A stretch of 64,000 nucleotides of DNA from Tubulanus polymorphus (taxonomy: Eukaryota > Animalia > Nemertea), in assembly GCF_964204645.1 (NCBI RefSeq), contig NC_134026.1, positions 30,972,150 through 31,036,149 on the forward strand, given 5' to 3'. Below, piece after piece: positions 11,908 through 23,100 of this stretch. The translations under genes and the position numbers were made by a program. Numbering within the stretch: position 1 is the stretch's first letter; each line of letters opens with the position of its first letter. The notes under the pieces were generated by a model. It was not told the origin of the DNA, did not search any database, and saw only the letters and a list, made by a program, of their open reading frames with translations.

Positions 11908-14007
11908 CTACAATTACAACTTACAAAATGTTATAGTGAACAAAGATATTTTCAACTTACTTTAATAACTTTAATTAAATGTTTCATTATACAAATTGAA
12001 TCATTTGATTCACAGATACTACTTAGAATATAGCGTAGTACGCTACAATACGAACAATGTCTCCGATTCAGGAAATACCACAAATCTGATGCGAGAAATT
12101 CAAGATCAAGAAATGACCCTCTTGATCTTTATTAACAATGACAGACTATCTGAATCAAATCATCAATCGAGCATTCTATGATATCAATCATTTATTTTTG
12201 AAGTTGATGGATTTTGTTTAATTGTGTGTTGGATTTTATTTGGTTTAGTGTTTGTTTATCATTAATTGAGTCCATAGAATGCTTCTAAGCGATCGACACA
12301 AAGAGATCCGAGTCACTGCTTACCGTACGTACAGTCCTCAGTTGCCAGAGACTGCTCTTCGATTTTCAACAGAAAGCAGTATTTCATGTATCGGAAAAAC
12401 ACTTCTAACTTATAATCAATTCAATAATTCTCTAACAATATAAGATAATCATACAGTGGAATTTATTTTTCAGCATAATGTTTCAGGTAACAACAATTAA
12501 AAAGTATTGTAGCTACAAACACTAATTCCTTATTAACACGACTCATAAAATACCAAAAACACCGAAATACCCGACTTTGAAAACAGTATAAGAGGAAACT
12601 TGATTGTATTGAAGTCTTGATTATAAAGGAAAACTTGATGAAACTTGATTATATTCCATGAAGTATCCAGCATTCTATCATATCTTAAGTAGTTGGTTTT
12701 TGTATTTTTGTGTTTTCAGTGGTTTGTATTTCAATGTGTATTTAAGTTTTAAGTGTTTGATTGTTTATGTGTAGTTGAGCTGATAGAATGCTGAAATAAC
12801 ATCACGGTCCTCGACCGACCGGAGGCTCGTACACTACAGACGACACACATCCTCAGTCAATAATAAACTGCTCCTCTCTATTTCCGGCAGGGTATTTACC
12901 GAATTGGTATTCTATGAATCGTCAAATGTTACATTATCTATTGAAAACAGTTTAATTAAACCAAGTCGTCCACGTAAAAAACAGTGACTCCAAAAATGAA
13001 GAGTGTATGGTATAACACTTAGCTGGAGACAACCGCAAAGAAAACTGCTGTTTCCTGAATTCTGCGTGCCATCCTACTAAAATCCTCCGCACTAAAACCA
13101 GAGACATTCCTAAACACTAAGTTCACTCTGGAAAGCGCAAGGTAAACAATCTATAACTAATTTAATTCATTTTTTTACATTATTATTATTACTACTTAAA
13201 AAACTTAAGTTTTACATTGTTTTTTTTACATGTTTTTCTACATTAATATTATTGAAACTTGAGAAACTAAGTTTTATATATTTGTTTTTCATGTTTTTCT
13301 ACATTAATATTATTACTACTTGAAAAACTAAGTTTGACATTTTTTTTCAATCAAAAATTATTACAAATTTTTTTTTTTTTCGTTAATTTTCCAGCATCCA
13401 TAAAACAATGAATATTCACATTAAGTGAATGGGAGAGGGGGTTTTAAAGGAAACTTGATCTTTAATCGTTTATTAGGCACATCCTATCGTGCTGCCAACA
13501 CCGGGCTTGTTAGTTTAAAAAAAAATAAAAGGGTTTGTTAGTACGCTTTGCGCTTTGTGCCTAGGATGCTTAAATAAACACTTAAACGATCAAGTAAAAT
13601 ATTGATGAAAGTGAATTGAATAGTTTAAGGGGAGATGTTTTATGAATGAAAGGAAAACTTATTTTGATTTCACTAGAAAAAGATACCAGATGTTGTAAAT
13701 AGGACTCATACATAACACACAAATTCACACACAGATTTACACACAGATTCGTACATGACCAACAAATACACATCAGAATCACACCTACCTTACACCACCT
13801 CCATTTGCATCATACTGCATCTGTTTCATCGTGAATTTCGGGGCCCCTTTTTAGAAATGCGCACTACACTAAACAATTGTTCGCTGATCACTGCTGCTCC
13901 TTCGATATATTGTTCATAAAAACTCTGCTGCTCCTTAGATATATTGTTTGTAAACTCGGCTAATCCCGCATATATTGTTTGTTAACTTTGCTGCTCCTTC
14001 GATTGTT

Positions 14008-14833
14008 GCTGGTTAGTAGACTCTCGGCTGGTGGTAGACTCTCGGCTGGTGGTAGACTCTCGGCTGGTGGTAGACTCTCGGCTGGTGGTAGACTCTCGGC
14101 TGGTAGTAGACTCTCGGCTGGTAGTAGACTCTCGGCTGGTGGTAGACTCTCGGCTGGTAGTAGACTCTCGGCTGGTGGTAGACTCTCGGCTGGTAGTAGA
14201 CTCTCGACTGGTAGTAGACTCTCGGCTGGTGGTAGACTCTCGGCTGGTGGTAGACTCTGGACTGGTGGTAGACTCTCGGCTGGTGGTAGACTCTCGGCTG
14301 GTGGTAGACTCTCGGCTGGTGGTAGACTCTCGGCTGGTAGTAGACTCTCGGCTGGTAGTAGACTCTCGGCTGGTGGTAGACTCTCGGCTGGTAGTAGACT
14401 CTCGGCTGGTGGTAGACTCTCGGCTGGTAGTAGACTCTCGACTGGTGGTAGACTCTCGGCTGGTGGTAGACTCTCGGCTGGTGGTAGACTCTCGGCTGGT
14501 GGTAGACTCTCGGCTGGTGGTAGACTCTCGGCTGGTGGTAGACTCTCGGCTGGTGGTAGACTCTCGGCTGGTGGTAGACTCTCGGCTGGTGGTAGACTCT
14601 CGGCTGGTGGTAGACTCTCGGTTGGTAGTAGACTCTCGACTGGTAGTAGACTCTCGGCTGGTGGTAGACTCTCGGCTGGTGGTAGACTCTCGGCTGGTGG
14701 TAGACTCTCGGCTGGTGGTAGACTCTCGGCTGGTGGTAGACTCTCGGTTGGTAGTAGACTCTCGACTGGTAGTAGACTCTCGGCTGGTGGTAGACTCTCG
14801 GTTGGTGGTAGACTCTCGGCTGGTGGTAGACTC
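14008..14833. repeat. 18-bp minisatellite, about 46 copies
   Basis: GCTGGTGGTAGACTCTCG unit; stop-free in all frames, which explains the overlapping ORFs. Confidence 0.95.
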
Positions 14834-15041
14834 TTGGCTATAGAAAAATGACGATGCAAAATATATCAATAAAATTCGATGAGATATTACTGCTTGGATA
14901 AAACATTTAATCTAATAATGAAATCGAAATTTCTTACCATAGAATTAACTAGAAACCATGACCTTTCTTCAGTCTTATTGTGGTTACACTATTGTCTCTG
15001 CTGCTCCTAAACTGAATTCTGCCATTACTGAACGTCACTGC

Positions 15042-15315
15042 AACTCTGCTAACTATCTGGAACTCTGCTAACTATCTGGAACTCTGCTAACTATCTGGAA
15101 CTCTGCTAACTATCTGGAACTCTGCTAACTATCTGGAACTCTGCTAACTATTTGGAACTCTGCTAACTATCTGGAACTCTGCTAACTATCTGGAACTCTG
15201 CTAACTATCTGGAACTCTGCTAACTATCTGGAACTCTGCTAACTATCTGGAACTCTGCTAACTATCTGGAACTCTGCTAACTATCTGGAACTCTGCTAAC
15301 TATCTGGAACTCTGC
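15042..15315. repeat. 19-bp minisatellite, about 14 copies
   Basis: AACTCTGCTAACTATCTGG unit. Confidence 0.95.
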
Positions 15316-15814
15316 TGGGATTTTCTGATGTCATCATAGCTGCTAAATTCGTCATCAGTTATTGTCTGGTCATCTCATCTCATGGCTTCATTTTGAAACA
15401 TTCAGCTGGAAAGAAATGATATTTTTGAGGTGTACAATCCGTTCGAACATCTTATTATTTTACATGGAGAAGTTAAAATCAGTCCCTGTCGTTTACAATT
15501 GCAATAATTGTATTATTTGATCAGTGATTGTCAATAAACCCCCGATTGATTAGTATTAGTAGCGTTAGTTAATCACTATTTAAGACAGTGATCATTAACG
15601 TAGATTTCTCTGATACAAGATCAGTTAACGTTGATTTTATACAAAGTCCGCAGTGTCTTTAAAAAGACATTGAGATCCTACTGAACCTCATTGTCCGAGG
15701 AGTTTTGATTTTCTTTTGACATTTTTCGGGGCTGTCTATTCTAAGACGATTTTTCTTTGATTAGGCGGGAAAAGGACTAATTGGAGTTTGTTAAGTTGGG
15801 AGCTAATAGAGAGA

Positions 15815-16218
15815 CTGGTAACGCCACCTATTGCTCAGGCCTTTTAGTCTCTGCGCTCTGATAGGAATAGACAGTACTAAAAGGTGGATGTGCGAGTTCT
15901 AGGCGACTGGTAACGCCACCTATCGCTCGTCACCATCCTACCTTTAGCACTGAGAGTTGGGAGCTATAGGAAGGCTGGTAGCGCCACCTATTATTGCTCA
16001 GGCACCATAGTCTCTGCGCACTTACCCGATGCTCTGATCAAAGTTTAATGTATTTTTAGTTTTAGGGGAGTTTTTGAGATCTAAGAGCTATAGGAAGGCT
16101 GGTAGCGCCACCTATTGCTCGGACACCATCATCTCCGCACACTTACCCGAAGCTCTGATTGTAAGGTTTCAGTGATCTTGGGAGAGTTTGAGAGGATGGT
16201 AGCACCACCTATTGGTCA
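15815..16218 (-). promoter_or_regulatory. Cluster of five co-oriented CTCF-like motifs (repeated at ~20586-20989 and ~25405-25808)
   Basis: TGGTA(A/G)CGCCACCTAT(T/C)GCTC x5; reverse complement GCAATAGGTGGCGCTA resembles the CTCF core CCACTAGRTGGCGC. Confidence 0.55.
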
Positions 16219-17112
16219 GGAATGGTCTACTCTTTGTCTCTGATAAGGCTGAATGCGTGGCTACCACAAGTGGCCAAGTGTCAAGTCAAACACAACTCAT
16301 TGTGATAAGTAATTACAGTCTCATGGATGAAACCAACTTCTTATTAATGCATTTCAAGAGGCACAAAATGTGACAGAACACTTTTAAACCAGTGTGCACT
16401 AAATATCAGTAAATCATATGAAAATATCAACTTGTCATCAAAAAGTGAAGCTTTGATTGAAAGAGATCTTGAAATGACTCTTTTTGAAATTGAGATTCCA
16501 CAAACAAAGATTGAGCCTTCAGTAAGAAGACATTTCAAATATTGTCAAAACTCTTGATATTGAGAATCAAGTAACAAAGATTCACTGACAACACTTGATA
16601 TATCAATATCTACTAATTGATGATATATCAAAATACTGATAGAAGTGACACAGTAATTAGCAACTAACATTCATAATTTCACATCAAAGGTTTCTCAAAT
16701 TCTTTTTCATGGATGATATTATCAGCGACTGGCTCTGAAATTCTCGATATCCTACAGTTTTTTTCAGTCAATAAGAAAAACACAAAAATTCTAATGAGTT
16801 TTTTCCGTCAAATAGAAAAAACAGAACTGAAGTTTTTCCGTCAAAATGAAAAACTCAATGTTAAGTGATACAGTAATTTTGTATTTCAAGTTTCAGATGA
16901 AATAGCGACAACCATTATTCATGCAGGTTTCATCTCTCAAATATTATTAGTCTGGTTTTCTGAATTCAAACTTAAGGAGTAGCGCAGCAGCAGCAGCAGC
17001 AGCACCAAACAAACATAGAAATCACCAAATAATTTTGAGAAATTCTTTCACATTTTAACTGATGACATTCAGAATACAATACATGTGATTAAAACAAATA
17101 TAATGATTATGC

Positions 17113-17718
17113 AAATGAGATTGGAGAGAGTGCCACAAATGAATCGGGACTTTCATCTAATACGAGCACGCTGAAAACAGAAACATGTGTTAAATTGAAT
17201 GAGGCAAACCATAATGTATAAGACACGAATGAGTTCGCGGTGGTCCTTTTTGACCGGTTAAACTGACTTAACAAAGAAAGAATGGTGAAATGTTGAATTG
17301 TAAATTTGTACTCGGAGAAGTCCCAAAACGACACCTCATCACTCATTTATTTTATCTCTAACCTAATCTAAACCGGTGTAAATATTGAACTCAACAGAAC
17401 TTCACATAAAATGAGATTGAATCATTAAGATGAAATTTGAAATATACATCAAAATTACGATATTTTGATAAAGTGCCATTGAGTGTATAAAGGACTTCAG
17501 TCTAATACGAGTACAAACAAATTAACGGTAAAAAATATGTGAAAAATATGAATGAAGGTAAATTGATTGAAATCGAACCATTTATGCAGAGCATTACATA
17601 AAATAACTACTACATAAATAAGTTCACACTAGTGGCCTTGAATTAGACCAGATTGAAACTGATAAATCTTTAGAATTGTACTCGGACAAGTCCTGTATTA
17701 ATTTCAAAAAAGGCACTT
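17113..17718 (-). ncRNA. Two diverged copies of a putative ~240-nt structured RNA element (also in units 2 and 3)
   Basis: Shared nested stems GTGCC, GGACTT/AAGTCC, CGAGYAC/GTACTCG and an inner GGYC/GACC hairpin; mismatches resolve as G-U pairs on the minus strand. Confidence 0.45.
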
Positions 17719-20160
17719 CATTTTTTTCTAGTTCCTTATCATTCTATTGACACTGGTATCACTGATATTTATTATCAGCAAAAATATATTAAACTAAATT
17801 TGAAGTGAAGTTTCAAAGCGTCAAAGCTTTTACTCACTACACTTTATTTCCAGGGATTTCTACTTTTGATTGTTTGGTGCAAATTTAATCAATTAGAGTA
17901 TTTTAAATAACCAGACATTTTTTCATTTTGACTGAAACCTGCTCCAAGAAGGTTGCGCAGATTTGTATATAATTGATAATAAACAGATTAAATTTCTACT
18001 TAATTTCAATAATTCTATAAGATATTCATATCTATATAAATATCAATATTCAATATCGAAATTAATTTTTTCGACTTTACTTCAAATTGAATTCACTTAC
18101 GGAATTTCATTTTTCAAAACAATGAATTCGAAGGTAAGAACTTCCCTTGATTTTCTGAGAAACAATAGTTTTGTATCGAAATGATATTTCATGAACAAAG
18201 TGAGAAGGAAATTCAATCGATTCCTTTCAAAATAAAGATATAACTAACAAAGATGGAATGACGATTCTTTTACGATCAATTTTCACAAGATTCAGACGAT
18301 TGACTAAGATTAAAATGAGATACTTCAATTGATTCAATTCAACTTTTTAACTTCACTTCTAAAAGCATTTGATCATCATCGATATTGAAATATTGATGTA
18401 TAAAAATATTGGATTTATTGTGAATCCTTTGCAAAATAGAGATTTCAGTAACTAAGATGGAATGATGATTTTTCTTCAGAAGATCAAGATTTCACTATAA
18501 ATTCTGTAAGTTGACCTTAATTTGCCTAACACTTACTGGGAATCCAGAACTTTCAAACAAGTAAAACTAAATATCAACTCCACATCAAAATATGAGGCTT
18601 CATTAAAAGAGATCTCGATGATTCTTTTTTAAATTGAGATTGAGAAATCGGTAAGAAAATATTTGGAATATTGCAAATACTTAAGCGATTACGATTTCAA
18701 GTAAAAAAATACTGAACACCCCGAGATTTTACACATTTCTACAGAGACAATTAACAAATTAATTAAAAGAATTTATCTTTAAGAATTTATTTCAAATTGA
18801 GGAATAGGAACTTTGACGATAAAATGATTAAAACAGAGCTTGCGGAGATGATCTTATTACACGTAAAGGCACAAGACAAGCGTGCTCACCACTGAACCGA
18901 TAGAACTTAAGTCTAATTAGTCAGTGATTAAACAGCGCTTGATTTCGTTATACAAAATACTATGAGAAACTAGTAACTATTTTAAACAGTTTCTAGTTTC
19001 TATAATACACCTTTCACAGAGCTCACAGAGACAATTTGAACTTTGTTAGTAGGATTTAGGGGGGCTAGCGATCGAACTAATGGTTATACACCTTCATATA
19101 ATCTTTTCAGTCAAACAAACTGTAACAACTAATATTCTATATTATATTCTCTCCTATATTGAGTCACATTATTTCTCTATCACAGAACTTTATAAAGATA
19201 AACGTTTAATACTTTTTGGGCTAGTGAGACTATGTTTAGTTAGTACATCTAGCCAAGTGAACTAGCGTCCACGCGACTAGTGACTAAACAGCTTATAAAA
19301 TACTATAACGAGACAACTTATTTTCAGACGCTGCAAGCGTGCTCAGCATTAGACCTAGAGAACAAGTCAACTAGGCTAAAATATACACCTTTTAACAGTT
19401 ACACATTTCAGAACAGATACTGAATTCATAACAGCTTACAATGATTTAAGGCAAGCTCATTAAACCACTCAACATTTACAAGATTATTACTGATCAATAA
19501 CTATATCAAATTACTGCTTGGCAGATGTAATAAGAATTTACTAACACTTTTACAAAGCAAGTTCTTTCTATCTTAACACACGAGTAAAGCTAATATACGT
19601 TATATTAATTCCAGCACAGAGCTAACAGAGACAAGATCTTTTTTTGAACGATTTTGTTAGCAAAATTTTGGCCCAATAGAGGTTTTGTTATGAGGCTGAT
19701 AAAGAGAAAAGTCGTTTTACGATCTTTTCCTTTAAGTTTTCTTATGTGAAGTAATGATTGTGAACTCGTGCGGTGCAGACACAGAACATCGTTTAACGAT
19801 TTTGTGTCATTTGGATGATTTTTTTTCTTTTCACTTTCAGTTAGATATTAAGCGTTAGAAATCTAAGTTTTTTGAGAGGAGCTTTTAAAAAAGCTTTTCG
19901 ACACCTCATTCTTAGTGTATTTTTACACATTCTACTTTTGGGTTTTGTAAACCCTGTAGCGCTCCACTCTATCCTTTCTCTCCCGCAATAGAAAAATAAA
20001 TCAAACTTAGCTTTTTTATATTGCGACAATCATCAGTGTGGATCAACTGCGAGGTAGTGTGGATCAACTGGTGGTTCCACGATGCATCTGTTGGATTCTT
20101 CTGGTAGTATTTATGAACATGACTGTGCTAATTCCGCAGCATTACTTATCGTCTAGATTT

Positions 20161-23100
20161 ATTTTGAAACATTCAGCTGGAAAGAAATGATATTTTTGAG
20201 GTGTACAATCCGTTCGAACATCTTATTATTTTACATGGAGAAGTTAAAATCCGTCCTTGTCGTTTACAATTGCAATAATTGTATTATTTGATCAGTGATT
20301 GTCAATAAACCCCCGATTGATTAGTATTAGTAGCGTTAGTTAATCACTATTTAACACAGTGATCATTAACGTAGATTTCTCTGATACAAGATCAGTTAAC
20401 GTTGATTTTATACAAAGTCCGCAGTGTCTTTAAAAAGACATTGAGATCCTACTGAACCTCATTGTCCGAGGAGTTTTGATTTTCTTTTGACATTTTTCGG
20501 GGCTGTCTATTCTAAGACGATTTTTCTTTGATTAGGCGGGAAAAGGACTAATTGGAGTTTGTTAAGTTGGGAGCTAATAGAGAGACTGGTAACGCCACCT
20601 ATTGCTCAGGCCTTTTAGTCTCTGCGCTCTGATAGGAATAGACAGTACTAAAAGGTGGATGTGCGAGTTCTAGGCGACTGGTAACGCCACCTATCGCTCG
20701 TCACCATCCTACCTTTAGCACTGAGAGTTGGGAGCTATAGGAAGGCTGGTAGCGCCACCTATAATTGCTCAGGCACCATAGTCTCTGCGCACTTACCTGA
20801 TGCTCTGATCAAAGTTTAATGTATTTTTAGTTTTAGGGGAGTTTTTGAAATCTAAGAGCTATAGGAAGGCTGGTAGCGCCACCTATTGCTCGGACACCAT
20901 CATCTCCGCACACTTACCCAAAGCTCTGATTGTAAGGTTTCAGTGATTTTGGGAGAGTTTGAGAGGATGGTAGCGCCACCTATTGCTCAGGAATGGTCTA
21001 CTCTTCGTCCCTGATAAGGCTGAATGCGTGGCTACCACAAGTGGCCAAGTGTCAAGTCAAACACAACTCATTGTGATAAGTAATTACAGTCTCATGGATG
21101 AAACCAACTTCTTATTAATGCATTTCAAGAGGCACAAAATGTGACAGAACACTTTTAAACCAGTGTGCACTAAATATCAGTAAATCATATGAAAATATCA
21201 ACTTGTCATCAAAAAGTGAAGCTTTGATTGAAAGAGATCTTGAAATGACTCTTTTTGAAATTGAGATTCCACAAACAAAGATTGAGCCTTCAGTAAGAAG
21301 ACATTTCAAATATCGTCAAAACTCTTGATATTGAGAATCTAGTGACAAAGATTCACTGACTGCACGTGATATATCAATATCTACTAATTGACGATATATC
21401 AAAATACTGATAGAAGTGACACAGTAATTAAACTAACATTCATAATTTCACATCAAAAGTTTCTCAAATTCTTTTTCATGGATGATATTATCAGAGGACT
21501 GGCTCTGAAATTCTCGATATCCTACAGTGTTTTTCAGTCAAAAAGAAAAACACAAAAATTCTAATGAGTTTTTTCCGTCAAATTGAAAAAAACAGAATTG
21601 AAGTTTTTCCGTCAAAATGAAAAACTCAATGTTAAGTGATACAGTAATTTTGTATTTCAAGTTTCAGATGAAATAGCGACAACCATCATTCATGCAGGTT
21701 TCATCTCTCAAATATTATTAGTCTGGTTTTCTGAATTCAAACTTAAGGAGTAGCGCAGCAGCAGCAGCAGCAGCAGCAGCAAACAAACATAGAAATCACC
21801 AAATAATTTTGAGAAACTCTTTCACATTTTAACTGATGACATTCAGAATACAATACATGTGATTAAAACAAATATAATGATTATGCAAATGAGAGTGGAG
21901 AGAGTGCCACAAATGAATCGGGACTTTCATCTAATACGAGCACGCTGAAAACAGAAACATGTATTAAATTGAATGAGGCAAACCATTATGTATAAGACAT
22001 GAATGAGTTCGCGGTGGTCCTTTTTGACCGGTTAAACTGACTTAACAAATAAAGAATGGTGAAATGTTGAATTGTAAATTTGTACTCGGAGAAGTCCCAA
22101 AACGACACCTCACCACTCATTTATTTTATCTCTAACCTAATGCTATTAATAGAACTCCACACAAAAAAACATAAAACAGCCTTAAATAAATGATATTGAA
22201 TATGAATTTTACCTCAAAATACCTCAAAATTACTATATTTTGAAAAAGTGCCATTGAATGTTGAAGGACTTCAGTCTAATACGAGTACAAACAAATTAAC
22301 GGTAAAAATATATTCAAAATTTGAATGAAGGTAAATTGATTGAAATCGAACCATTTATGCAGAGCATTACATAAAATAACTACTACATAAATAAGTTCAC
22401 ACTAGTGGCCTTGAATTAGACAAGATTGAAACTGATAAATCTTTAGAATTGTACTCGGACAAGTCCTGTATTTATTTCAAAAAAGGCACTTCATTTTTTT
22501 CTAGTTCCTTATCATTCTATTGACACTGGTATCACTGATATTTATTATCAGCAAAAATATATTAAACTAAATTTGAAGTGAAGTTTCAAAGCGTCAAAGC
22601 TTTTACTCACTACACTTTATTTCAAGGGATTTCTACTTTTGATTGTTTGGTGCAAATTTAATCAATTAGAGTATTTTAAATAACCAGACATTTTTTCATT
22701 TTGACTGAAACCTGCTCCAAGAAGGTTGCGCAGATTTGTATTAAATTGATAATAAACTGATCAAATTTCTACTTAATGTCAATAATTCTATAAGATATTC
22801 ATATCTATATAAATATCAATATTCAATATCGATATTAATTTTTTTGACTTTACTTCAAATTGAATTCATTTACGGAATTTCATTTTTCAAAACAATGAAT
22901 TCGAAGGTAAGAACTTCCCTTGATTTTCTGAGAAACAATAGTTTTGTATCGAAATGATATTTCATGAACAAAGTGAGAAGGAAATTCAATCAATTCCTTT
23001 CAAAATAAAGATATAACTAACAAAGATGGAATGACGATTCTTTTACGATCAATTTTCACAAGATTCAGACGATTGACTAAGATTATATTTACATTCGAAA

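Larger units (their letters stand above)
15390..20160. repeat. ~4.8 kb tandem macro-repeat, unit 1
   Basis: Starts ATTTTGAAACATTCAGCTGGAAAG; collinear with units at 20161 and 24981. Confidence 0.95.

Noticed and set aside
13979-14851. Plus-strand ORFs (RLSAGG)n and (LVVDSR)n
   Set aside because: An 18-bp stop-free unit produces open frames automatically; no supporting gene structure on the plus strand
15815-16218. CRISPR-like repeat-spacer pattern
   Set aside because: Eukaryotic context, no cas genes, irregular and mutually related spacers, degenerate repeats
17113-17348. RNase MRP/P RNA (GAAAGUCCC resembles CR-I)
   Set aside because: The motif is consumed in a local stem near the 3' end and no matching CR-V was found
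16344-20029. Short ORFs repeated in each macro-unit (64, 61 and 62 aa)
   Set aside because: Mostly non-ATG starts, no recognisable domain, one is frameshifted in unit 2; recurrence reflects the recent DNA duplication
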